From the NCBI RefSeq assembly GCF_001194135.2, contig NC_068983.1:73867728-73914188 (forward strand): 46,461 bases of DNA, in the 5' to 3' direction. Within the stretch, counting starts at the first letter, position 1. Each line of letters starts with the position of its first letter. Of this stretch, positions 22,801 to 35,828 are shown in pieces. The notes under the pieces were generated by a model that was not told the DNA's origin, did no database searches, and saw nothing but the letters and a program-made list of their open reading frames with translations. Made by a program: the position numbers and the translations under genes. This stretch comes from Octopus bimaculoides. Its lineage: Eukaryota.

Positions 22801-23180
22801 AGTTGTTGTTGGCACTCCGTTGCTTACGACGTTGAGGGTTCCAGTTGATCCGATCAACGGAACAGCCTGCTCATGAAATTAACGTGCGAGTGGCTGAGCA
22901 CTCCACAGACATGTGTACCCTTAACACAGTTCTCGGGGATACTCAGCATGACACAGAGAGTGACAAGGCTGGCCCTTTGAACTACAGGCACGACAGAAAA
23001 AGGAAGTAAGAGTGAGAGAAAGTTGTGGTGGAAGAGTACAGCAGGGTTCGCCACTATCCCCTGCCAGAGCCTTGTGGACCTTTAGGTGTTTTTGCTCAAT
23101 AAACTCTCACAATGCCCGGTCTGGGAAGCGATCCTATGACCGCGAGTCCGCTGCCCTAACCACTGGGCCATTGCGCCTCC
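22801..23180 (-). mobile_element. SINE family B, full length (head GGAGGCGCAATGGCCCAGTGGTTAGGGCAGCGGACTCGCGG; (CAA)n tail)
   Basis: tRNA-like head with an A-box-like motif; matches 35490-35828 and 944-1253. Confidence 0.88.
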
Positions 23181-24047
23181 ACACACATATACACACATAT
23201 ATATATACATATATATATGAGAGGTATTGGTATCCAGAAGACCCAAGGTGGCAGGTAAGACTATGTAAGTGCTATGGAAGGTCTATAGTTAAACTCTCGG
23301 TTTGATAATAATACGAATGAAGAGTCTAATGCGGGTGTTGTATGAACATGTATATGTTAAATAAAATGAGGCAACAAAGCCAAGGCTGTGTGTAATTTTC
23401 AGGACATTTGTAAAGAAAAATATCCTGAAATGTCCTGAAAAATGTCCTAAAAATATCCTGAAAATTCTACACAGCCTTAGTTTAGTTGTCTCATTTTATT
23501 GAATACACACACACACACACACACATACACACACACATACACACACACACATATACGCACAGATGTACACACATGTGTGTGTGTGTATAACAAGAATATG
23601 GATTCAAAGAATATAACAGAGCTCATGGTAAGCTCTCTGTTTGGTGTACAGCTATCAAGAAGACTAAATGAGTTTAGGGTATAAAATTAGCATTGCTGTT
23701 CTGAAAATCTGAGAATCACAATGTCAGAGAGTATATAATAATTAACCAAGTTTTGGAGAAATGAAAATCAAATACATGTTCCATATGTTGACAGCTATTT
23801 CATATTGTGTATCTAAATATATCATTGATGCTAAAACGTCCTCATACATATAAGTATGTATGTTGATGCTCATATGTAGTAATGTTGTTGCGTAATGAAT
23901 AAGACTTCTCAGCAGAATATTTAATGGGAAGTAAATGTTTGGCTGATAAATCGTCCAACCCATGCTAGCATGGAAAGCAGACGTTAAACGATGATGATGA
24001 TGATTTTATCTTTCACGTCTCTCAAATTTGATTAATTATACCTATTA

Positions 24048-24290
24048 TTTATGTTTTACTTGTTTCAGTCATTAGACTGTGACCATGCTGGGGCACCGCC
24101 TTGAAGTATTTTAGTTGAATGAATCAACTCCCCACTCACTTTTATATTTTTTCTTAAGCCTGGTACTTATTCTATCATTCTCTTTACCAAACTGCTAAGT
24201 TACTGGGATGTAAACACACAAATACTGGTTGCCAAGCAGCAGTGGGGGACAGACACAGACACAAGCACACACACACACACACACATTCTA
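24048..24290 (-). mobile_element. SINE family A, 3' half
   Basis: Homology to the family A tail; further halves at 24905-25070 (head) and 25357-25550 (tail). Confidence 0.75.
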
Positions 24291-24309
24291 TATATATACA
24301 GAATATATA

Positions 24310-24862
24310 GGAGGTGATGAAACATGATCTTCAAACTTCGGGCCTCACTGAGGCGATGACTAGTGACTGAGACCTTTGGCAATATGCTGTGCTTGAGGAG
24401 ACTGTTAAGCTAAGTGAAATCGTAGTTGTGGCTGATGCTGGTGTCATGTAACTGACACCCATGCCGGTCGTGCGTAAAAAAGCACCTTTTGAGTGTTGTG
24501 CCTCATGGACGCAAAGTGGTCAACACTGTTGGCACATGAAAAGCTCCTTTCGAATGTTGGGACTCACAGAGGCAATGGCTGAGACCTTTGGCATTATGCT
24601 GTGCTTGAGAAAAAGACCCATCAAGCCAAGTAAAATCTCAGTTGTGGAAGATACTGGTGTCACCCAAATGGCACCCATGCTGGTAGCACATAAAAGCACC
24701 CGCCACACTCTCAGAGTGGTTGGCATTAGGAAGGGCATCCAGCTGTAGAAACCATGCCAAATCAGACTGGAGTCTGCCTTCCAGCTTGCCAGCCCTGGTC
24801 AAACTGTTCAACCTATGTAAGCATGGACAACAGATGTTAAATGATATTGATGATGATGATGA

Positions 24863-24866
<4 letters not shown>
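24310..24866 (+). mobile_element. RTE LINE 3' end (end of ORF2 plus 3' UTR with an internal ~220-bp duplication, (GAT)n tail)
   Basis: Peptide EVMKHDLQTSGLTEAMTSD*DLWQYAVLE resembles an RTE ORF2 C-terminus; it runs into AGGAAGGGCATCCAGCTGTAGAAAC and (GAT)n. Confidence 0.8.
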
Positions 24867-24910
<44 letters not shown>

Positions 24911-25910
24911 CTTCTTTCAGTTTCTGTTTACCAAATCCACTCACAAAGCTTTGGCCAGCCTGGGACTCTAGCAGAAGACACTTAGCCAAGCTGCAATGCA
25001 ATGGAACTGAACCCAGAATCATGTGGTTGGGAAGCAAACTGCTTACCACACAGCCATACCTGCACCTATATATGTATAAATAGATCACGACTATGTTGTT
25101 GTAGCTACTTAACTTAAGTGTACGAATTTAGGTACTCAAAGGGTGTAACATCACTTTGGTATAGTAATTAACACAGTAATTACAGCAGATATGGCTTTCA
25201 AATCCCAAAAGTGATGTCACAACGTTTTTAAATCTATTACTTCTATATTATATCTTTATATATATACATGCATGCATATGCTAACATAGAAAACAGATGC
25301 TAGGTTTGTTTGAGTAACTTACAATTCAATAAGTTGCACGGCGCTGAATCAAACTGTTACTCTTTTACTCTTTTACTGGTTTCAGTCATTTGACTGTGGC
25401 CATGCTGGAGCACCGCTTTTAGTGTCGAGCAAATCGACCCCAGGACTTATTCTTTGTAAGCCTATTACTTATTCTATTGGTCTCTCTTTTGCCGAACTGC
25501 TAAGTTATGGGGATGTAAACACACCAGCATTGGTTGTCAAGCGATGTTGACAACAAGAAACTTGTTAACCACATAGACATGCTTGTATCCATGTATCAGC
25601 CATATACTCTTCCCCATACTAGTATTTCCTGTACTAATCTTTTTACTCTGGAAGTCAGATATATCCACTCAAAATTTCATTTACCCATAACTGCAGAAAG
25701 CCTTATTATATACCAATCAATCTTTTATTGCGGAATGTCATATTTGAAACTATTTTCTGTTGAGACATATCAAATTCATTAAGGCAACATGACTTGCAGA
25801 AAATACTAATTCTATTTGTTGTAGATATTTAACATAATTACTGAAATAACAATTAAATTTAATTTTACAGTGAAAGGGTTAAATAATATATATTCCATAA
25901 TGTAATGCTT

Positions 25911-26177
25911 GTGGAGGCGCTTGGCTTAGTGGTTAGGGTGTCAGCATCATGGTCGTAAGATTGTGGTTTCGATTCCTGGACCGGGCGACACATTGTGTTC
26001 TTGAGCAAAACACTTCACTTCACGTTGCTCCAGTCAACTCAGCTGGCAAAAATGAGTAACGCTGTGATGGGCTGGCATCCCATCCAGCTGGGGAACACAT
26101 ATGCCATTGAAACCGGGAAACCGGGCCCATGAGCCTGGCTATGCTTTAAAAGGGCGCATTTATTTTTTAATTTTTTT
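25911..26177 (+). mobile_element. tRNA-derived CORE-like SINE with target-site duplication
   Basis: Head gtggaggcgcttggcttagtggttagg...ggtttcgattcc; flanks ataatgtaatgctt (25897-25910) and ataacgtaatgctt (26178-26191), a 14-bp TSD with one mismatch. Confidence 0.88.
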
Positions 26178-26299
26178 ATAACGTAATGCTTAGGATAAAA
26201 CACCTAAAGTAAGAAGTTCATAAATCTCCCTAAAATATAAGGTTTTTTTTGTAAGCAAAACTGGATCAAAAGACCAGGAATAATAATTTAAATGTTTGT

Positions 26300-26782
26300 A
26301 TGGAAGTGCTGATCTCAAATTGTAGAGGGAACCTATGGAAGAGGTAGATCCAGTAAGATGTTGGATGAGGTGGTGAAATGTGATCTTTGGATGTTGAGTC
26401 TTATGGAAGCAATGACAAGTGACAGAGACTTCTGGTGATTTTCTGTGCTTGAGAAAACATGTTAAGCTAAGTGAAATCGTAGTTATGGCCCGTGATGGTG
26501 ACACGTGAAAGGTACCAGTGCTGGTGACATGTAAAAGGCACCTGTGCTGGTGACACATAAAAGATACATTTGCCAGTGACATGTAAAATACACCCAGTAA
26601 ACCTCTGCTGAGTGGCTGACGTTAGAAAGGGCATCCACTTGTAGAATCCAAACTAAAACAGACTGGGGCCTAGTGCAACTCTCCAGCTTACCAGCTCTAG
26701 TCAAACTATCTAACCCATGCCAGCATGTAAAATGGATGTTATATGATGATGCTGATGCTGAGGATGATGATGACGACGATGT

Positions 26783-26829
<47 letters not shown>

Positions 26830-26830
26830 T
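26300..26830 (+). mobile_element. RTE LINE 3' end with 26-bp internal tandem array and long (GAT)n tail
   Basis: Peptide RGRSSKMLDEVVKCDLWMLSLMEAMTSDRD then the shared 3' UTR. Confidence 0.8.
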
Positions 26831-27299
26831 ATATAGAGTAGAAACCAGTCCAAAACGTATATAGAGTAGTATTCCAATGTACCTGATGGTTGGTTTTGCT
26901 ATTTAAATTTTGTTTGAATCTTGCTAATAGTTGGTTTCCATTTAATTATCTTCTTAATTGTGGTGTTGGTGGTTGTGTTGGTTGTAGGGCTGTAGAATAA
27001 GAATCAGCAATACACTGCAATTCATTGCCAGAGTTAATATCATATAATTACAAACTGCACAGCAGAATTCAAGGTCAATCTTTACCAAGCAGCTTCACTC
27101 TACATGCTTTTGCTTCATTACAATGGCAACAGTCTGGATACTTATTGATCAAACCTCGTGTATATATATATATAAATTTTTTAGATTCAAAATTGAATGT
27201 GGCACTTAAGTTTAGGCACCAGAATATAGTATGGTATTATCCAACAATATTATCCAAACAGTAATATGTCCATTCTGCTGAAATTTTCAGTAAATTTTC

Positions 27300-27437
27300 T
27301 ATATCCTTGTGCAGCTGAAGATTGCTCTGCATTTTGCATTTAATGCAATGGTTGCATTACTTAAATAAATGGAGAAGCATGAAACATGCATACTGCAATA
27401 ACCTTTAAAATCCGTGTTGCTTTTTTTGATATATATA
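27300..27437. repeat. Interspersed repeat abutting (TA)n (tgtgcagctgaagat...ttttgat family)
   Basis: Homologous to 45823-45944 and 46230-46351. Confidence 0.7.
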
Positions 27438-28170
27438 NNNNNNNNNNNNNNNNNNNNNNNNNNNNNNNNNNNNNNNNNNNNNNNNNNNNNNNNNNNNNNN
27501 NNNNNNNNNNNNNNNNNNNNNNNNNNNNNNNNNNNNNNNNNNNNNNNNNNNNNNNNNNNNNNNNNNNNNNNNNNNNNNNNNNNNNNNNNNNNNNNNNNNN
27601 NNNNNNNNNNNNNNNNNNNNNNNNNNNNNNNNNNNNNNNNNNNNNNNNNNNNNNNNNNNNNNNNNNNNNNNNNNNNNNNNNNNNNNNNNNNNNNNNNNNN
27701 NNNNNNNNNNNNNNNNNNNNNNNNNNNNNNNNNNNNNNNNNNNNNNNNNNNNNNNNNNNNNNNNNNNNNNNNNNNNNNNNNNNNNNNNNNNNNNNNNNNN
27801 NNNNNNNNNNNNNNNNNNNNNNNNNNNNNNNNNNNNNNNNNNNNNNNNNNNNNNNNNNNNNNNNNNNNNNNNNNNNNNNNNNNNNNNNNNNNNNNNNNNN
27901 NNNNNNNNNNNNNNNNNNNNNNNNNNNNNNNNNNNNNNNNNNNNNNNNNNNNNNNNNNNNNNNNNNNNNNNNNNNNNNNNNNNNNNNNNNNNNNNNNNNN
28001 NNNNNNNNNNNNNNNNNNNNNNNNNNNNNNNNNNNNNNNNNNNNNNNNNNNNNNNNNNNNNNNNNNNNNNNNNNNNNNNNNNNNNNNNNNNNNNNNNNNN
28101 NNNNNNNNNNNNNNNNNNNNNNNNNNNNNNNNNNNNNNNNNNNNNNNNNNNNNNNNNNNNNNNNNNNNNN

Positions 28171-28427
28171 GGCACATAAAAGACACCATTTCGAGCGTGG
28201 CCGTTGCCAGTATCGCCTGACTGGCCTTCGTGCAGGTGACACGTAAAAGCACCTACTACACTCTGAGTGGTTGGCGTTAGGAAGGGCATCCAGCTGTAGA
28301 AACTCTGCCAAATTTAGATTGGAGCCTGGTGTTGCCATCCAGTTTCACCAGTCCTCAGTCAAATCGTCCAACCCATGCTAGCATGGAAAGCGGACGTTAA
28401 ACGATGATGATGATGATGATGATGATG
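28171..28427 (+). mobile_element. RTE LINE 3' UTR, young copy, emerging from a gap
   Basis: Near-identical to the reverse complement of 36268-36480. Confidence 0.85.
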
Positions 28428-28929
28428 CATACAAGTATGTATTTATGTATGTATGCATCTATATCTATACATACACAGACAGTACCCATCCACCCAAATA
28501 ACTCTGAAACATTGAGAGTCAAGATATAGGGAAGGCTGCTCTATTATGAATGCATCTATTTTGTGTTAGTATTGCAATATGATATCATTGTATATATGCA
28601 TGGTTTAAGGTTGGTAAAGTACTAGTTTTAGATCTATGCTAATGTCCATATGAGCTGGGGAAAAACAAGAAGCTCTTTTTTTTTTTTATTATTCATCATT
28701 AATCTTATACATCTGTTATTCTGAAAAATGTTTTATTTGCTAACACAGAGAGTTGTCAGAGTATATTTCTGAAATGCTTCTTAATTATTGCCCCCCCCCC
28801 GTTTCTTTTTGTAACAATTTTTCATTGTCCCTTTGTTAAGATGCAGAAAAATCAAACACGCCATATTTACATACCCCCTCCTACACATCCCCCTACTCAT
28901 CCCACCCCACATATATGCATTCAGTTGTG

Positions 28930-29290
28930 GGGTCCTGGTTCAAGAGTTCCAAGGTTTTGAGGAGTGTGGAACCACTTAGTCATTATTGTTCTCCAAGATT
29001 ACACTGACTGACTCTGAGTAGTAACACCTGTCAGGATTACAATAATGGCTTAATTAGGACATTATGGAAGAAACTCCAAACACAAAACCTCACTGCCTTG
29101 AGTAAGAAATAGGTTAGAGGAGTCAGCTTCAATGGCAAATCGAGGAACAGTGTCCCTCAAGCAGTCTGCTGTTCTCTTTAACACCCTTCTAGTAACTTCC
29201 AGGTAGGTGGAATTCTCCAACCCTGTGAGACAATTCACCCGGGAGAAGACCAGTCCACTGTAAAACCTACAGTTTTCTGGTCACTGCAGC
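28930..29290 (+). repeat. Old interspersed repeat, two blocks, also present inverted at 43270-43630
   Basis: gagttccaaggttttgaggagtgtggaaccactt and caattcacccgggagaag blocks match the reverse complement of 43495-43630 and 43270-43380. Confidence 0.6.
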
Positions 29291-30386
29291 CATCTTAACC
29301 TGGTGCAGTCTTCTGACTTGCCAGTTCCTGTCAAACCATCCAACACATGCCAACATGGATGATGATGATGATGACGACGACGATGATGATGATGACGATG
29401 ATGAGGATATACATAGGTTCCTCTCTTACAAATTTGGCTTGGTATGTAAAGGAAACAAAATTCAAACTCCAGACTTTTATTTACTCAAACGCAGAAATAT
29501 ATGCAGCATAATTCCATCTTTTATATGATATTAATTCTATCAGCCAGCAAACGATAAAAGGTATCATTTTTTTTTATAGAATAAAAGTTTTATTTTTGTC
29601 AATAATATGCACAACAATAACAGTGCAATTTTCTGTGGAACTATAATTTTTCTGCTAAGTGTATATTGTTGCAAATTGTTCTGGCTACATCTGTTACAAG
29701 TATAACATGTATATTACCTTTTTTAACTTCACCAATTGCTATAAACATTCACAGCTGCTGGTAGCTTTCACATGGTTGCTACATATTAACTCTTCTAACA
29801 ATATATTTGGCTTTGGATTTAACCTTTCTTGAATCTAACAGATACAATTCTCGATATATTTGTTATTGTAATTGTTAAGATCTATTTTTCTATTCTTGTC
29901 TACCTTTGATGATTTTGTTCAAACATTTGTTGTTGCTATGGGTTAGTCCTCCAGACAGTCTTGACTAACAGCTTTTCAGCTGTGACCATCTCATCTCTCT
30001 ATCTTATTCTATGGGCCTGTCTTTTATTTAGACAGTCAGGCATAATTTGAGCCAGAGAGAGAGATTTGGCTGTTATTTCTTGCAGGCTGAGAAACTGCAT
30101 TGAGGCTTCCTCATAAGATTTAATGGTCATCACTACTCTATATGTCCATTCTCTCAGAGCAATGAGACTGAAAAGAGGAATAGAAGAGAGGATGATGATA
30201 GAAGAGCTAGGATGGATGGAAAAAGGGAGCAAGAGTATGATGGTAGAAACAGAGTGATTAAAACAGGAGAGTGATAGAGGTGGATAGTAAGGGATACCTA
30301 AGGGAGATAACTGGGTATACAAAAAGGGTAATGGTAGTGAATAGGGTACAAGCAGATCTAGTGAATATTGAATATCTATTTTGAGA

Positions 30387-30550
30387 TGTACATGTGGCTG
30401 TGTGGTTAAGAAATTTACTTCCCAGCTACATAGATTTGGGTTCAGTCCCACTGCATGGCACCTTGGGCAAGTGTCTTTTACTATAGCTTCAGGCTGATCA
30501 AAGCTACATTGGTAGATATGGTAGATGGAAACTGAAAGAAGTCTGTTGTG

Positions 30551-30585
<35 letters not shown>

Positions 30586-30872
30586 ATACATGTGTGTGAG
30601 TGTGAGTATATGTATGCTTGTGTTTCTTTGTCTTGATATCGCCTGTTAGTTGTAAATGAGTATCACTGTCATACAAGTGGTGTCTTCAATTTCCAATATT
30701 CTGTGCAAACATGTCTGGCTACAGGGAAATATAACCTTACTTAGTTACAATTAAAAGGTTGCTAACAGGAAGGGCTTCTGACTGTTGAAAATCTGCCTCA
30801 GTAAACTTTGTCTGACCCTTACAAGCGTGGAAAAGTGAACGTTAGAACAATGATGATGATGATGATGATGAT
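30387..30872 (+). mobile_element. SINE family A variant A2 with (GAT)n tail
   Basis: Family A head, internal (TG)n, alternative tail as in 12465-12880. Confidence 0.78.
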
Positions 30873-32317
30873 GGGGATCATGATGATTCAATCAATTTGA
30901 TTTCTGAATGTCATGAAGTGTCTTATTCTTGGATATTCATTTATTCTTTTTATTATTGAATGTTGCTGTGCTAGGGTATAACCTTCAAGGGATTTTGGTT
31001 AATTCTATTGGCCCCAGTACTTATCTGTTTCCCATTTCATCATCATCATCATCATCATCATCACGATTTAATATCTATTTTCCATGCTGGCATGAGTTGG
31101 ATGCTTTGACAAGAACTAGCAAGTCAGAGGACTGCACTATGCTCTCCTGCCTGCTCAGGCATGATGCTCATCTTTTGGTCGAATGTCCTTCATAATGCTA
31201 AGAATGAAGTATTACATGTAATACATGATGTGGTAACTTTAGTAAGGAAAACATCATATGGTAGCATTAGTATAGCAGGGATATAAGAATTGATGCATTT
31301 AAGAAGAAATGCCAGGCAGCTAGTATACATGATGTACATAATGATCTTGTCAAGTTCCACACTCATCATTACTTCTCCTTTTACCTTGCTGTGTCAGTGT
31401 TCCAAGTCTGCCATTATTCACTCTACCCTTCGAAATTCTGAAGTCCTTATTTTTCATCTGTCTATGTACATAAGAAGTGAATCTTCAATGAAGACTATTG
31501 CTGTATTCAAATGATTATGGAACATCCTTAGAACATTCTCTAAACTAACAAGAGAATTACAAATTTTTGTATCGGTTGTATCACTGATCAGTAAACAGCT
31601 TTGTTTGCTGAAATTGTAAACAAAGCAAGTAGGTGTGTTTAAGCTCAAAGGTCAGGGTACATCTGGGTAACAAAACACAACATGTTGGAATATGGGTTTC
31701 CCAGAACCCCTTGTGTTAATGAGTCGAGTGTGTTGTCAACACACCATTGTCGTAAAAAGGAGAAATTGTTCTCCAGTGACAAAACACAACAGTAACTAAC
31801 GTATTCACATTTGAATCTGCCAGAATATATTAAGAATAGATGTGCAAATCATCAATTCAAATCATGCTGTATACAATGCAAATAACGATTTTTTACAAAT
31901 TTTGTCTTATCAGAAAATGTCTTTTTCAGATGGTCTGGAATGTTCTATTGCTTACTAATGAATTACCATTGTCCTCTTTACAGAAATGTGCTGCTCTATG
32001 GGGATGTAGGATGTATGAGGTGGTGTGGCTATGTGCTTCTTCACAGATCTCTGTATCTCTGTATCAGTAATAAGATCCTTCAACCAATAAGATTTCATTT
32101 ATTCACAAATGATGAGTTTACTGATAATGTTTGAAAAGTTATCTGGTTTCATCAAGAAGCTGGAATTAATCTCTCTTATATCATTAGTACATAATGTAAT
32201 TCCTTTCTTTGACTGTACTGCTGCTATTGTTACAGATATTGGTCTTCAAAATATATCTTTTCCAACCCACCTGGTTTCAGGCTAAGAAACTACTCATTTT
32301 AAGATGTTCATAATTAA

Positions 32318-32537
32318 CCCTTTAGCATTCAGATTACTCACTCAAATGTAATGCTTATTCGTTCACATTGTTTTGAAGTAATCATGTATTATCTTGTAGC
32401 TTTGAGATTTTGATGATGTGATTGGATGTTTTCAGAATGATGTTGTAGGGTAGGTGTGTGGGACCAGATCTGGTCAGTTTGAACTTAAGACAGGCAGGTT
32501 ATTTGGGCCAGATATGGTTGATTTAAATGCTAAAAGG
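32318..32537. mobile_element. piggyBac-type MITE, 220 bp, opposite orientation to the other two
   Basis: TTAA|CCCTTTAGCA...TGCTAAAAGG|TTAA. Confidence 0.87.
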
Positions 32538-33226
32538 TTAAATCAAAATCTTCCATCATAATTCTTTGATTCTTTTTTTAAGTTATGTTTCAAACACCAA
32601 TCTAATTATTAATTTTGAATTTTAGCACAAGGCACACAATTTTCAGGGGAGTTGGTAAGTTAACTACATTGATTCCAATGCTCACCAGTCTAATTATTAA
32701 AAATTAATTTTTTTTACTAGTTCTCTGCAGATTCTTTATTATTTTCCAAATTAACTAAAATACATAACAGTATATTTCATTAGAATTACAATTATAAAAG
32801 AGTTAAGTAACCAGCTGCACCTGTCTTCCTGTCTTTTGTTTTGACAATGGTTGCATTTGGTAATTCTTCTCTCTCCATGTGTATCCTTGTTAGTAAGTCT
32901 AATTTTACTCCCTAATTTTACTCAAAACAAACTTCTTCACTGGTTGGCATATATCTACACACGCAACAACAACCACACATTCTTTAACACTTGCTGTCTT
33001 TTCACTTTCTGATTCTTTGATCGTTGTGATTTTATATCAAATAGCTGATTCTCATATTCATTGACATCATCATCATGATCATCATCACCATCTTCACTAT
33101 TGTTGTTATGGTTGTTAATTTTATTATCATTATCATCATTCAATGGCTGTTACTTCTAGTTGTGCATTTATCTAAATAAAAAGCTTGTTCGTCCATTTAG
33201 AGTGATTGAAGAAAAAGAACAACAAC

Positions 33227-33229
33227 ATC

Positions 33230-33282
<53 letters not shown>

Positions 33283-33292
33283 TGATGATAAT
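33227..33292. repeat. (TAA)n microsatellite
   Basis: Read directly. Confidence 0.9.
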
Positions 33293-33469
33293 AAAGTAGA
33301 ACTGGGAACTCATGCAGACCTTTCTTAGCTATGTAACAGCTCTGATGATGGGGGGAAAAAAATCAAAGAATAAACATTACAAGATATACTTGTATTTCTC
33401 CCTTACTTTTTTCTTCCCTCACTTTCTCTTTCAAAATAAATATAATATGCATGTGCGCCCCCCCCCAAT

Positions 33470-33700
33470 ACATGCACACACACGTACAAGTACACGCACA
33501 CATATACCCAAATACATACACACATACAAGTACACACACACGCACACACAAATACATGCACACACACACATACAAGTACATGCATACACACACACATATA
33601 AATGTAATGAATGTGTGTATGTGTATATAAGCATGCAATTGTGTCTATTCATGCACACACATACACACACAGACACAGACACAGACACACAGACACATGG
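33470..33700. repeat. Degenerate (CA)/(TA)-rich low-complexity tract
   Basis: Read directly; explains the HT- and VC-rich ORFs. Confidence 0.85.
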
Positions 33701-34042
33701 ATATAATCGATAAAGACAAAATTACAACTGATATATGTTTTCTCATTCTCTTCAACTGAAACAAAGGCTTCTATGTATTTTTTTTTCCAACTAAGTATAT
33801 GGAAATAATACATGAATGTATTCCTGCTTCCCTCCTCTTTTCCTTTCTTTTACATAACAGGTAACAGGTGTGTTACATGTTATGTAAATGTGCATGTATG
33901 CTACACACGTGCGTGTGTGTCTGCTCCAACATGTGCCTTACCACACACAAATACATACAGAAATATGCACACCCTCTATCTCTACAGGTAATATAATTGT
34001 ATGGACTGGAATAATGTGGGGTTGGGTAGGTAGGTGACTGAT

Positions 34043-34194
34043 GGAGGCACATGGCTTTGTGATGAGAGCAGCGGACACGCAGTCGAGGGATCGCGGGTTC
34101 GAGTCTCAGACTAGGCGATGTGTGTTTATGAGCGAAACACCTAAGCTCCACGCAAAAAAAAAAAAACAAGCCCCTTGTGGGCAATAAAGAAATA
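34043..34194 (+). mobile_element. Short (152-bp) family-B-related SINE insertion with 15-bp TSD
   Basis: aggtaggtgactgat at 34028-34042 and 34195-34209; tRNA-like head then an A-run. Confidence 0.85.
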
Positions 34195-34233
34195 AGGTAG
34201 GTGACTGATATATTTGTTAATGATATTGTTGCT

Positions 34234-34445
34234 TAAAGTGGTGAGTTGGTAGAATCATTAGCATGCCAGGCAAAATGCTTAGTGGCATTTCGTCTGTCTT
34301 CATGTTCTGAATTCAAATTCCGCCGAGGTTGATTTAGCCTTTCATCCTTTCAGGGTCGATAAAATAAACACCAATTGAACACTGGGGTTGATGTAACCGA
34401 CACTTGCACTTCCCTGAAATCGCTAGCCTTGTGCCAAAATTTACT
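34234..34445 (+). mobile_element. SINE family C
   Basis: ggtgagttggtagaatcattagc head, ctgaattcaaattccgccgagg, ctttcatcctttcagggtcgataaaa core. Confidence 0.85.
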
Positions 34446-34491
34446 TAGACCCAGGTCAGTCTAGATTGAGTAGACCGATTATGATCTAAAG

Positions 34492-34814
34492 TAGTGGTCC
34501 TCAACCGGAGTCCATATGGCCCTTGGGGGTCCACATGAGATTTTGCTGTTAAATTTTATCTGCAATGAATTGATTAAACTTCTGCAATACTCTTTACTCT
34601 TTTTTACTCTTTTACTTGTTTTAATCATTTGACTGCAGCCATGCTGGAACACTGCCTTTAGTCGAACAAATCGACCCCAGGATTTGTTCTTTGTAAGCCA
34701 AGTACTTATTCTACCGGTCTCTTTTGCTGACCTGCTAAGTTACGGGGACGTAAACACACCACCATCAGTTGTCAAGCGATGTTGGGGGGGACAAACACAG
34801 ACACTCAAACATAT

Positions 34815-34859
<45 letters not shown>

Positions 34860-35105
34860 CGACAGGCTTCTTTCAGTTTCCGTCTACCAAATCCACTCAC
34901 AAGGCTTTGGTCAGCCTGAGGCTATAGTAGAAGACACTTGCCCAAGGTGCCATGCAGTGGAAATGAACCCGGAACCATGTGGTTGGTAAAGAAGCTACTA
35001 ACCACAAAGCCACTCCTGCGTCTATAAAATACAAAATATTTTAACAATTTTTTATACAATTCATAATTATATTTTTTTATAAAATAACAATATGATTTTT
35101 TTAAA
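34492..35105. mobile_element. Probable hAT-type non-autonomous element end (tagtggtcctcaacc...) interrupted by SINE A
   Basis: Terminal sequence resembles the CAGTGGTTCTCAACC-type hAT TIR; the AT-rich body resumes after the SINE; the other end is not seen (gap). Confidence 0.45.
34588..35024 (-). mobile_element. SINE family A, full length
   Basis: Homology over head, internal (CA)n and tail. Confidence 0.9.
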
Positions 35106-35489
35106 NNNNNNNNNNNNNNNNNNNNNNNNNNNNNNNNNNNNNNNNNNNNNNNNNNNNNNNNNNNNNNNNNNNNNNNNNNNNNNNNNNNNNNNNNNNNNNN
35201 NNNNNNNNNNNNNNNNNNNNNNNNNNNNNNNNNNNNNNNNNNNNNNNNNNNNNNNNNNNNNNNNNNNNNNNNNNNNNNNNNNNNNNNNNNNNNNNNNNNN
35301 NNNNNNNNNNNNNNNNNNNNNNNNNNNNNNNNNNNNNNNNNNNNNNNNNNNNNNNNNNNNNNNNNNNNNNNNNNNNNNNNNNNNNNNNNNNNNNNNNNNN
35401 NNNNNNNNNNNNNNNNNNNNNNNNNNNNNNNNNNNNNNNNNNNNNNNNNNNNNNNNNNNNNNNNNNNNNNNNNNNNNNNNNNNNNNNNN

Positions 35490-35828
35490 GCGGTTTCGAT
35501 TCCCAGACTGGGCGTTGTGAGTGTTTATTGAGTGAAAACACCTAAAGCTCCACGAGGCTCTGGCAGGGGATGGTGGCGAACCCTGCTGTACTCCTTCACC
35601 ACAACTTTCTCTCACTCTTACTTCCTGTTTCTGTTGTGCCTGTAATTCAAAGGGCCAGCTTTGTCACACTGTGTCACGCTGAATATCCCCGAGAACTACG
35701 TTAAGGGTACATGTGTCTGTGGAGTGCTCAGCCACTTGCACGTTAATTTCACGAGCAGGCTGTTCCGTTGATCGGATCAACTGGAACCCTTGACGTCGTA
35801 AGCGACGTGGTACCAACAACAACAACAA
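35490..35828 (+). mobile_element. SINE family B (5' end lost in gap), (CAA)n tail
   Basis: B-box-like ggtttcgattccc; matches the reverse complement of 22801-23130. Confidence 0.88.

Noticed and set aside
23110-23180. tRNA-like sequences (also at 25911-25985 and 34043-34110)
   Set aside because: They are SINE heads with A/B-box-like motifs continuing into SINE bodies; I could not build a full cloverleaf with an acceptor stem
29999-30676. 225-aa minus-strand ORF
   Set aside because: Composed of antisense SINE A2, a microsatellite and a purine-rich low-complexity tract; no recognisable domain
32721-32760. ctgcag|ATTCTTTATT resembling the start of the missing GFFM exon
   Set aside because: The frame reads GFFIIFQIN then stops; no YLP/FEF motif
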